Assembly (NCBI RefSeq): GCF_006345805.1
Contig: NW_021833026.1
Span: forward strand, 496,001 to 560,000
DNA: 64,000 nucleotides
Direction: 5' to 3'
DNA from: Octopus sinensis
Lineage: Eukaryota
This document shows, in pieces, positions 23,800 through 34,700 of the stretch; the first letter of the stretch is position 1; every line of letters starts with the position of its first letter. The notes under the pieces are model-generated. The model saw nothing but the letters and a program-made list of their open reading frames with translations. It did not search any database and was not told where the DNA came from. The position numbers were made by a program, and so were the translations under genes.

Positions 23800-26700
23800 G
23801 CAGAACAAGAGGCTAATTAATGTGGGTTTGATTCATTGTATAGGGTCATTTTATTAGACACCACATGTCTCTTCTTCGCATATACCCAAAAGAAAAAATT
23901 ACATCATAATTTCCACAGGTGATGTAACAAATCCTCTATCCTTCTGACTTTAACGTCATAAGCATCTTCGATTTTTGAATTTAAGTCCAATCCAAATGCC
24001 AATTTAATAGCAAATCTTCTGGTCTTTTCCAATTTTTTCACAAAAATGCTACTTTCTTCGGACCTATACCATCCTTGATAGCCATATATCAAGAATGGCT
24101 CAATACATGTAGAATACACAAAAAGGAAAGTTTCAGGCTCCAAATGAAATCGAGTTAAGGATTTCAACATTCCTGTAGCTTTCTCTCTTCGTGTTTTGAT
24201 ATGATCCTTAAAAGATCCTCTTCGATCTATCGATACTCCGAGATACTCCAATTTTCCAGAGTTTTTTATATCTCCTGTATTTACATATTCATCGATATTT
24301 TTTCTTTTACTTGCAATCCATGTGACTGTTGATTTTTCTCTTGACAGAGTCAACCCATTGTTTTGGCACCACTTCCCAATATTTTTTATATGGGTTTCTA
24401 CCCTTTTCCATGAAATTTGTTTACTTATGCTTGAATCAAGCACAAGAATGTCATCAGCATAAATAATCATATGACTATTTATGCTCTCGGTTTTTGGTAA
24501 CTCACTCATTACACAATTGAAGAGTAGCGGGCTGAGAATTGATCCCTGCGGAACCCCTCTTCGTAATTCAATTTTCTTAGAAATTAAATTTCCAACACGT
24601 ATATACGACCTCCTTCTTGAAAGAAAGTTTTCTATCCATAATAATGCGGTTCTCCCAATTCCTGCTTTTGAAAACGTATCAAGAAGTCCGTAGTGCCAAA
24701 CACTGTCAAAGGCCTTCGTTATATCCAAGCACGCTATTGTAAGAAATTCCTTTTTTCTCCTCGAAATATCAATTGCATATCTTAGCTCTCTGAGACAATC
24801 TCCAGTCCCTTTTTTATGTCGAAAACCCAATTGATTGTCAGAGAGAAAATTATTATCCTCCTCAAGCCTTGAGAGACGATTGAAAACAATTTTCTCCATA
24901 ATTTTCGAAATTGAGCAGATTAAACTAATTGGCCTATAGCTATCTGCTTTTGACTTAGGCTTTCCTTTTTTCGCGACCATACGTACAATTGTTCGTTTCC
25001 AGGTCGACAAAACATGTCCAAAACTCCACGAAGAATTGTATAATATATTTAGTAATCCAACTAAAATCTGGTCCGCATTCTTGAAGATACTCATTGGGAT
25101 AAAATCCCATCCTGGTGCTTTATTTTTGCAACCTTTTATCGCAGTATTTATTTCTTCTTGTGTTATAGGTTGGCACAAGGGACTATTCAGTTTCGACGTT
25201 TCTTTATAATTACTCCTTGTATTTTGCACTTCTTGTGGAATAAAGGTGGCTGGATCAGTCTCTTGAATTCTGGACAATTGTTTACGTAATATATCCGGTA
25301 TTTCTTCCTTCGGAATAGTAGAACCATCATCTGATTTCAGAGAAATTTCTTCTTTTTTATTACTTGGCGAAACCATTCTTGCAAATAGTTTCCAAAATTT
25401 TGGATTCTGTCGATGTAGCTTTGAACATTCCCTTTTCCATATTTTTTCTTCATTCTTCTTTACAACATCCATTATCTTCCTCTTTATTAACTTGATCTGG
25501 ATTTTAAGTTCTTGGGAGTCAAAGAAATCCCAACACCTCCTTAACTTATTTTCTAATTTATTCTTCTTCTGACGTAGAGAACGTTCTTCTACTCCTATTA
25601 TCATATTCTCCTGCGGTAGAAGATTTTTTCTTTTTCCATAATTTTCCAGATAACTTAGTAATAAACATCTTAATTTGTTATCCAGGTTATCGATATCTTT
25701 CGGTTTCGAAATCCTCAAAGAATCTATACCACCAAGTTTCATTCTGATGAAAAAATTGAAGTGATTCCAATCAATTTTACTAATATCATATCCAACGAAT
25801 ATATGCTGTGTGTGAACCGGGCCAGTTCTTAATTCAATCGTTTGTGGAATGTGATCACTTCCTACGTCATTTTCAATATATGGAGGATTGCACATTTCAC
25901 TCATCTTTTGAGGCATTATGAACAGTCCAAGTCTATCACCACTATAAGTTGCATAGTGATTTATTTCTGCCGACGTCAATATTTTCAGTTCTCCTGATTT
26001 CATCCACTTTACAAGACATTTTCCATCTTGATTTGTTGTAACACATCCATAATCAACATGCTTCGAGTTCAAATCCCCAACCAAAATCGGATTCACGTTT
26101 TTGTTAAAGAATTCGTCAATAACCCATGGGTATTCACGTAATTTTTTCGAATAAATACCTCCAATTGTTATCCATCCAATATTTGTTTGTATTTGAACGC
26201 TGACTAGTTCACATACATTTTCTTCAATAATTCTAGCCTTCTTTGTCTTCAAATTAGTTCTATAATAAATTGAAGTTCCAGTTCCAGAAATAGAACCATC
26301 CTTCCATGGAATATCAATTGATGAAAATCCATTGAGTTTAAAAGAACTTCCCTTCTTGATATTTGTCTCATTTACTATCAAAACATCCATACACACTGTG
26401 CTGACCAATGCAGTCAGCTCTGAAGCCCGCTTTCTAAGAGAGCGGGCATTGATCAGGGTTATCCTGATTACTTCTGATTTTTTTGGTGGCTGATCCCTTT
26501 TCTTAGGATCGCCACCAAATCCAGTAAAAGCTTCGTATCCTTTTTTGTTTTCGTTACTTCTATAATGCTTTTTTCTAATTTCTCCAAATTTTGTGAGTAA
26601 TCTAGTTGACATTTCGTACTTATCATCTGTGTTGAGATTTTATTTTTGTCCTCTTCTACAGGTTCTTCTGTCTGCGAAATAGCATCTTCTGCCTTCTTTT

Positions 26701-27650
26701 CGACCGCTCCAGTATTCCAACTAGTCCGTCCATTTAGAAAATCAAGTTTAGCTTTCTTTGGAATATTATTTCCTAATCTGGCAGGTTCTTTGTCTTCTTT
26801 ATGTGAGATTCTTGGCTTCTCCGCAAATTTCTTCATCTTCTCACGACGAGCTACTAATGCTTTCGGACAGCCTCCATAATTCGCTAGATGTGTAGTCGAT
26901 CCACAATTAACACATTTTCTCAAATCACGTGGTTCTTTACATTCCGATCTTCTATGTGGTCCTGAACAATGTAGACACTTTTCCAAGTTCTTGCAAAACC
27001 GAGCAATATGTCCAAACTGCTGACAACGAAAACATTGAATTTCTCGTTTTATGAACTATTCTGCCTTTATCTTAAAAAACCCAATAATTAATCCCAATCT
27101 GATATGGATTCTGCTTCTCCCCTGCTTGTTAGGACAAGCTTAACAATAGGTAAAATAACTCCACGGCGTACAAATCTTTCGACTTGAAACTCTCCTGTCA
27201 ACTTTGTTTTGAGAAAATCTTTTAATTCATCCATCTCTATCCATGTCGGAACATTTCTTAGAATAATAGTGGAAGGAGGCAGTTTAACTTCCGCCACCTC
27301 ATGTCCACCTTGTCCAAAGGGACTACTAACCTCCAAAGGTTGTTTGAACCCTTCAAGGTCGTCCAAATTCTTAAACTGCAGAATAAAATCGCCAGTATGC
27401 CGTCGAGAAATCCTCGCTCTTCTAACACAATCTATTCCATTGAATATGTTAATGATTTTCAAATTACCAAGTTTAGAATTTTTAATACACAACCTGACTA
27501 AATACATAAAAGAGTTGCTACTCCGCAACGCCACCACAACACCAACAAACAGATAACTTCTTACTGACACTAAGAAATTTATAGGTACAGGGGTCGCAAT
27601 CTATCGTGAGTAAACTAACTTACCATTTGCTCGCTCTAATTCTACTGTTG
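23800..27650 (-). mobile_element. Near full-length APE-type LINE (Jockey/I-group-like); ORF1 disrupted, ORF2 intact; ends approximate
   Basis: ORF1 (27570-26468, with internal stops) has three Cys/His knuckles: CFRCQQFGHIARFC, CLHCSGPHRRSEC, CVNCGSTTHLANYGGC. ORF2 follows in the -1 frame. Confidence 0.92.
23904..26612 (-). CDS. LINE ORF2: AP endonuclease plus reverse transcriptase, 902 aa, no RNase H seen
   Basis: INARSL, VNETN, VGDLNSKH, GSDHIP (APE); KAPGWD, YRPISL, QLGFR, LDITKAFDSV, GVPQGSILSPLLF, YADD, YLGVSID (RT). Confidence 0.95.
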   Translation of the reverse strand: MSTRLLTKFGEIRKKHYRSNENKKGYEAFTGFGGDPKKRDQPPKKSEVIRITLINARSLRKRASELTALVSTVCMDVLIVNETNIKKGSSFKLNGFSSIDIPWKDGSISGTGTSIYYRTNLKTKKARIIEENVCELVSVQIQTNIGWITIGGIYSKKLREYPWVIDEFFNKNVNPILVGDLNSKHVDYGCVTTNQDGKCLVKWMKSGELKILTSAEINHYATYSGDRLGLFIMPQKMSEMCNPPYIENDVGSDHIPQTIELRTGPVHTQHIFVGYDISKIDWNHFNFFIRMKLGGIDSLRISKPKDIDNLDNKLRCLLLSYLENYGKRKNLLPQENMIIGVEERSLRQKKNKLENKLRRCWDFFDSQELKIQIKLIKRKIMDVVKKNEEKIWKRECSKLHRQNPKFWKLFARMVSPSNKKEEISLKSDDGSTIPKEEIPDILRKQLSRIQETDPATFIPQEVQNTRSNYKETSKLNSPLCQPITQEEINTAIKGCKNKAPGWDFIPMSIFKNADQILVGLLNILYNSSWSFGHVLSTWKRTIVRMVAKKGKPKSKADSYRPISLICSISKIMEKIVFNRLSRLEEDNNFLSDNQLGFRHKKGTGDCLRELRYAIDISRRKKEFLTIACLDITKAFDSVWHYGLLDTFSKAGIGRTALLWIENFLSRRRSYIRVGNLISKKIELRRGVPQGSILSPLLFNCVMSELPKTESINSHMIIYADDILVLDSSISKQISWKRVETHIKNIGKWCQNNGLTLSREKSTVTWIASKRKNIDEYVNTGDIKNSGKLEYLGVSIDRRGSFKDHIKTRREKATGMLKSLTRFHLEPETFLFVYSTCIEPFLIYGYQGWYRSEESSIFVKKLEKTRRFAIKLAFGLDLNSKIEDAYDVKVRRIEDLLHHLWKL

Positions 27651-27769
27651 CCTCCTAAAATTGACTTGGTTTTATTGTTGAACTTTTTTTAGTATACAAG
27701 TTTACTAAATCCTTATATGAGAATATTGACCTCAAAACGGTCGAAAAAATAAAAAATTTTCTAAAAAAC

Positions 27770-28390
27770 AAAGTTCAGATCGTCCGTATAAATCACCTCC
27801 TCATATTTCTTGCCAACGAAAGCTCTAAACTCTGTTACTGTTGCGTTAAGTGGAACTCCACGTAAATTTCAAAAAAGTCAAAGGAACATTTGGCAATTTT
27901 GAAAAAAAGATAAGTGTTCTGCATAAACAGCTGCATTATTTTAACGTCACCATAGTGAAGAAAACTTTTCAGAACTTCTATAAGTTTTTCCCGGTGGATC
28001 GAATCAAATCAATGCCAAATATTGCAACAGATTTTTCGTATTTTTGAAATAGAGTACAATAAAATCTGTGCCCCCACACTACATCCCAGTAGACCTGCCT
28101 ATCCGAAAACTACTTTGGCCGGAATAAGAATTTGTTAACTTGTTTTTATTCGGGTAAAAGCAATAAGGGATAGTGTTTTGGGTATGGAAGTTAGTAGAAT
28201 TATTAATCTAAAGTTGCAAACAGGACCTTTAGCCTTTCAAGGTTTTTGTATTAGCAAAGTCAATGAATTGTCTTCCATTAAAAGTATTAGTAAAAATTTT
28301 AGCAAGCTCGCATTGGACGTGTTTTAAAAGTTTTGCTGAAATATTGTCTGGCCCTGAAAATCTACTGGTTTCAGTTTTTTAATAGCTTGC
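27770..28390 (-). mobile_element. Degenerate LINE RT fragment (RTE/CR1-like)
   Basis: SGPDNISAKLLKH, FDSIHREKLIEVL, RGVP, IYTDD across frameshifts. Confidence 0.68.
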
Positions 28391-28440
28391 ATATTTTCCG
28401 AGACACTTATTGAAATTTTCAAAAATAGACAATGTTCAAC

Positions 28441-31400
28441 TTTTTTAGGTTTTAAAAAGTTCGAATGTTAATTAAGTGAATTTATTATGTTAATACTTTG
28501 ATTGAGAGGACGCGCGAATAGATAGGCAGTTTCCGCACAATATCGCGAGCGAAATGCGCTGAAAAAGCCAGCTAGACTCACGTCTCTCGTGACTTTTCCT
28601 CGAGATCATCAAACCGATTTCTGAAAGGAACTCCAGGGCTTTCGGGCCGATTATCCCACTCGTCTCGAAAGCCAGGGGGACGAAAAGGCAGGTGTTCTCC
28701 AATGAGGCGTACTTTGCGATTTTTTCGCTTCGGCATGTGCGGAAGATGAGCCAGGGCGGGACGCGGAGTCGATGAGAGATGACGAGGAAAACGAGTCGAC
28801 ACAGGTCACGTCCCAAACGAGAGCGAGTCCCCGCTTGAACGGGAATAGCGTGGACCCATCGGGACGTTTTCCGTCACCACGGTCTAACCCAACCGGCTCC
28901 AGGACCGAAGGGAATCCGGCGGCGTTGAGCGCGCGCTTAACAATATCGTTCAAGGTGGCATGTCTGGGTATACGGCCGGCACTGAGGCGACAAGAGAGGG
29001 GATGTAGCCCTCTCCTGTCAATGGCTTTTCCGCATTTGCACTGATGTGACTGGCACATCTCGATCCCAAGGCGTAGATACAAACCAATGCGGACGGATTC
29101 GTTGTCCATGAACATTCCAGCAGAGGAAATCGGCAAAGCGTCAAGCCAATCGGCCGAGTGGGGTTGACAGGCACAATTAATGCTTGCCAACTGAAACTGG
29201 TCAGCACGTAGGCGGATATCTTCGAGTGTATGCAAGCAATGTATCTCATCCCAGTTCTTTTGAACTGAGGGGACGTCCGGGATTTTAAGCCCACGAGAAA
29301 TCCACATGTTGACACCTGGCGCATATTCCGACAACTCGGGCTGTTCAGAGAAGGGGAAGAGAACAGAGTTGACGAAACTAGCGGAAGCAGACAACGAGGA
29401 AAGGTAACATGGGAGGGATAAATCTCCACAAGAACCAATGCCGATGCCCCCGTAACGAATAGGTAAATTAACCCGTCGCATGTCTGAAGGTTTGAATTTG
29501 ATATTTACGAGGAGCTCAAGAGTTTTGGAGACCATGCTGTCGAGACGAGATAAGTGATTTTATTCGAGAAAGCATGGCGATGAGCGCATGATATAAGTTA
29601 GCTTCGGTATAAAGAGATAGTTCTTGAGCAAGAAAAGGGCTAAATGGGATTCAAGTTTGGAAATGCGGGAGAATAGAGTTTCCAATTCTTCGAGCCTGTT
29701 ACATAAAGCCTTCCTAGTAGACTTGCTATTGATTGGAGAACCCAGAATGATAAGGTCATCAAGCTGGGTGATGCACAGGTCTTCAATATGGTGAGATAAG
29801 GTGGAAAAAATAAGTTTGAATTCTGAAGGGCTCGCAGACAAACATATCAGCTCAGATTTGGATCCATTCAAAGCGAGTCCAATGGAAGCAAAACCAGAGA
29901 TAATTTTTTCTACATCATTCTTGACGATCTCCAAAGCCCCACCAAGAGTAACATCATCGAGGTACCAAATGTTGACCTCAGAGGACAATTGGCGGGCAAT
30001 GTGGTCAACACCGAGTGAGAATAAAAGAGGCCCAAGAGGGTCGCCTTGTTGAATACCAGTTTCGGACATAATAACATTGTCGGCAAACAAGAGACAGCTG
30101 GGGGAGGCGTAAGACAGATGGACGATCAGATATAAGGCAGGGAAACGGCTTCGAACAGTTTCAAGGATATGATCGCGCCGAATCGAGTTGAACGCGTTTT
30201 TGACATCAATTTTAAGGAGAAATGGGATTTCATTACATTTTACAGAAGTCAGCTGCCGTATGCCATGGGCGGCTGCTTCGCAAGCTCCTTTCACGCCCAC
30301 GCCCAGTTGAATAGGCATAAAGTTAGCACTTGCTTCCGGAACCACTGATTGACAAATAATTTTAGCAGCAAGGCGTCTGAAGATGTTGCCAACAGCGATA
30401 GGCCGTATACCACCATCACTTTTGTTAAGAGCAGTCAGATTTGCGGAAAAAAGTACGTCCCTAGCGAAAGGAGGGATCGTACCAGAGATGATTCTTGAGC
30501 AACGGGAAGTGATGGCCAACAATAAGCGTCTTCCACCCTCAGCAGTCAGAGGGGAAATCAGATCTTTTATATGAATCGGTTTCAAGCCATCGATACCCCC
30601 ACTGCTATCAAATGGAAAAGAACTGAGGGCGGCAGTTACTTCTGTCGAAGAGACGGGGTATACAGAATGGGAATCAATAATCAGATCTGGGATTTCGGAT
30701 AAATCATCGGGGGCACCGGGGTGTTTAGAGCGCAATTGGTTGAGGACTTTATCAGAGGTGGGGGCAATTGTAGTGTTCGAGGAAATGACACGTACTGCAC
30801 TGCGAACGTCGCCTTGCATAAGCTTGCTGCGGACCATTCGGGTAATGTCCTGAGTGCTCCGAATTGGACGAGGGAGCCTTTCAGCAGCATGAAGGGAAAA
30901 ATAGCTGATATCAAATTCTGAATTGTTGAAAAACTCGAAAAACTTGCAGTTTGTTTTAATTTACTGCGAAACGGACAAGCGGTCACCATGAAGAGGGCCG
31001 TTTGAAGAGCTGCCCAGATAGACGGGGACAAATGAAAGAAACTTGCATTAATCGCACCAAGAATTCGAGGCCAGAGCCCGCTCAATAACTAGAGCTAGGG
31101 AATTAGGCACTTGAATCCTGGCCGGTTTAGGAATGCGTGACGGGATAAACTTCGATTTCCGGAAACGAGACAAAAGTACAAGAAATTCACGAGCCTCGGA
31201 ACAAGATCGGTCCTTAGATATTTTGGGAAGAGTCGGGGCCTCGATATACAGCGGAGTAAAAGAGCAGCGAAAACATTTCCAGTTTGGGATGCTTGCCGAG
31301 CTGATCTTCGATAAGCCGACACAGGAGAGGTGGAAGTAGAGTTGGCACGAAGAACAATACCTTCCCTTTTTCCGGGGACACGTAAGTCCGCACTTGCTGC

Positions 31401-31450
31401 AGGAAGACATAGGATTAGATAAGTCGCACCACGTCACACCAACTTCTTAG
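28441..31450 (-). mobile_element. Near-complete single-ORF CRE-clade retrotransposon: PHD finger, RT, CCHC-like region, restriction-like endonuclease
   Basis: ORF pieces 31437-31048, 30837-29560 and 29535-28651 share one frame (3 in-frame TAA), with one indel in an A-run near 28730. DGGIRPIAVG, DVKNAFNSI, GIQQGDPLGP, WYLDD, HPLSCRLSAGRIPRHATLND, KRPDG, VWDVTCVD, PLAFETSG. Confidence 0.95.
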
Positions 31451-31793
31451 TGCCCGCGTTCAATGATTTCTCACTGGTTTCTCGACCCTAGACACTTATT
31501 TGGTTTCTTAATGTGGATTTGTCAGGTTTCACTATGTTTTAAGTTTAATTATAGATGTAGAATATGCCTAAGAAAAATAAAAAATCGTGAAAAAGCAGTA
31601 ATAAGAGATAAGTGTAAGAGAGGTAGGTCACCACCTCAACCACTGAGTAAATTGTGATATTTAACAGATATTTACATAACTGAAAATATTGGTGAATTTT
31701 CAATATTTATTTTATTAAAATAAAAATGTTAAATTATTTAAAATTTTAGAATAAAATAAAAAAGCAAAAACGTGATTGGAGAAATTTATCCTA

Positions 31794-34700
31794 ATGGGTA
31801 AAGGACATGAAATCGAAAAAAGTCGTTTAAGAGTAAATCTAAATTAATAATGCCAAGTACAAAAAACTAAAACAAAGAGTGGAAGAATTAGATGTAAGTG
31901 TGGGACGGAGATGTGTGCGTCAGAACGAGATCCCTCAAGTCATTTTACATTAACGAATATAGGGATGTGAGACATTCCTCCAAGAGACTCTCCGAAACTA
32001 CGAAGAGATTGCCAGCAGTCACTCCTTTGGTTTTCTTAGTCTAAGAAATTGTAGAATCATTCTACGAAGAGATGTATCCTCTCTGCTGCAGCTACCCACT
32101 TCTCCTACTAAACAAGGCATTGACTCAGTCTAATGACAGGTGAGAGTCATTTCCTTCCTGTGCGACACATTGGTCGACTCCGATGTGTTCTCGATCGATC
32201 CACTCTTGAGGTACTCAGTTATCACTACATTCAGTTGTCTGACTGCCTTGTCTAAGGACTTGGCCGAAGAATTGGTCCCCTTTTTTCCCCTCCCTCATCA
32301 AAGTCATGCATAGACTACAAAAACGGCACAACAGCGAGTTGACTGTCGTGGAGTCTATTTTTCGTACTCTTGGTCTTCTCCTGACGTTTCATTGGAGAGA
32401 TCTTTTCGAATCTACTTTTCTCGATTCTGTTCTTTCCGTCTTTTCCGTGTTCTTTCACTCTCAGCCTTCTTTTGTGGTTGAATTGGCTGCCGAATGTCTG
32501 GCCTTTCTTATTAAAAAGGTTTTTTATATGATAATTTTGCAGTGCACTTTTGAACAATGCACTCATTGGATTGTTACTCACCTCCCCTCTTGGGCTCCCC
32601 ATTCACTCGCACTTGTCCTTGTCTATGCCACGAGAGGTGTGGGAGGCAACTTTAGCCCGGAACTGGCACATGTTGTCCACTCACTCACCACTGTACTCAA
32701 GACTGAGCAACAGGCAGTGAGTGCAGTCGTACTTCAATTCCTTGATTTATCTCATCCACATGTGCGTACTCAGGCTATCTCTCACCTATTTGATCTTTTC
32801 ATGGTGAGGAATGTGCCATATTTTTAGGATGACTTTGCAGACGGTCCTGTCTTCGATTCAGTACTGGCTATTATTAAAGCTTTTTTAATCAAAGGGGAGG
32901 TGGCTTCAGTCGAGAAACTCGTAAATTACATTGTTCGACCATTTAGATATTATTCCTTGATCGTGCCGACATTGGAGTTGATTGTGGACTATTTGTAGAT
33001 ATATTAGTCATACTTGTTAACAAGTATGGGATGCGGGTCATTTCGCTGGTAGAGAAGGTGTTCAATCGTTTTTATTAAATTAGTTTATTAATTCCCCAAT
33101 CACACATGACTCGAAAATACAATTATGCAATCAAATCGTCGATTCGGAGGTTGAAGGAGTAAATAACGTATAGTTGAGAGGGACTGTCCTCAACTCAGTT
33201 CTCCCCACGTGTGAATCAATCACACATATATGTTGTGTGTTGGGAGAGTTCTATCACAAGGGATGTGTCATTGTTCTTTCTGATGAGTAAGAATTCTTGT
33301 CTAATTGTAGGCTGATTAAGCAAATTATTCAACATATTTCTCAGTCTACGCAATGCAGTGACCTTCAACTAGTTTGGTCTATCCTCGTTATTCTGCCTTT
33401 ATTTGAGTGGTCCGATAAAGAATGTTTCTTCACTGCTCTGACTGATAATATGCTGTCGCTCTATCACCACGTCGACTGTATTGTGATCTTTTTATCAGTA
33501 GACCACCGTTTCTGGTTTATTCTCACCCAACTTGTGGACCAACTTCACTGCAATGGTTTCTCGTCCCTGCTTTGTCGTCTCAGGGATTTTGGACTCCAAC
33601 AATTTGAGTTTGATTGCAAATTAATTAATAGACACAACGCTTTGCCAATTTTGATATTTTTCGAACGACTCAAAACTACAGGTGTACTGAATGGCGAACA
33701 AATCGAGGAAACTTGCTGTCGTAATTTATCATCTCCTAACACTAAAATACGACAAATATCGCTTCGACTGCTCTCATATATCAAATACATGCCCGAAATT
33801 CTTCAGGCCGACCAAATGGAAGCCACACTGCCGATGTACCGAGATAAATTTGTACTTTTCCGACGATTGACTACCGATTTATTGTCCAACAAAAACGGAG
33901 ATGATTTGATTGTCACAGTTTGCTCTGTCAATTTAAATTCAGGCATTATTAAGAGTTCTACTGGCCAATTTGAGTTGTTCCCTTCTCCTTTTCAAACAAC
34001 AAGTGGAGAAAATGATAATTACAGATTTCTCTGCCTACTCTATTTTCTGGCCGGTGATGATTGATGTTATGAAAACACTCCAACAGTCACTGACTGTCTC
34101 CACAAGTGACACTTTTTATTTATTTGTAGATCGACAACAAAGGGAATGCAATACATTTTTTGATCAGTTAATATCCGATCAGTGTGGAGAGTGCGACGAG
34201 GGTCATTTTGGACGTCACTACTACCAGTTGTGGCAATTACTGCCAAAGTTGGGGGACACAAAGCTTCCCGATTGTTGTGCTCAGTCACTCCTGTCATTAT
34301 TCGCAGTGTAATTAAATTATGTTCATTCCAAGTTCACGCGATTCGGAAGTATCCCACGTCGAAGATTTGAGGGAACCACCTCGAATGACGAGAGTGAAGT
34401 GTGAGAGAGACTATAATCTATCATTTAACAAGTATGACTTTGTACTAATCACTAGACTTTTGCTGGCTAAGTTGGAGGCATTTTCTCAATTGTTCAATAA
34501 ACGAGAAATGGAGGGTCACTCACAACTTCTTCTGTATTATTCTGAGGTTATTTCTTTAATGATGATTGATTTAGTTGCTATCTCATTCCTTTGGAGACAT
34601 TAGACGGGCTGCTTTGAATTGCTTATTTAGTCGTCGACAGCCTGTTCTGTCTCAATATAGGTTTGTGTCTTTATTTATTGTAGAAACTTGTTTACCACTT

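Noticed and set aside
28490-31437. TAA recoded as Gln (alternative genetic code), suggested by in-frame TAAs in the CRE ORF
   Set aside because: Host genes end at homologous positions with TAA (DDX1; also UTP20 and the phosphatase), TAG (Piwi LFYL, PPase) and TGA (EXOSC4), so all three are stops.
32270-32300. Frameshift in UTP20 as programmed recoding
   Set aside because: One extra base in a T6/C4 homopolymer of an essential gene; most simply an assembly indel. Raw reads would settle it.
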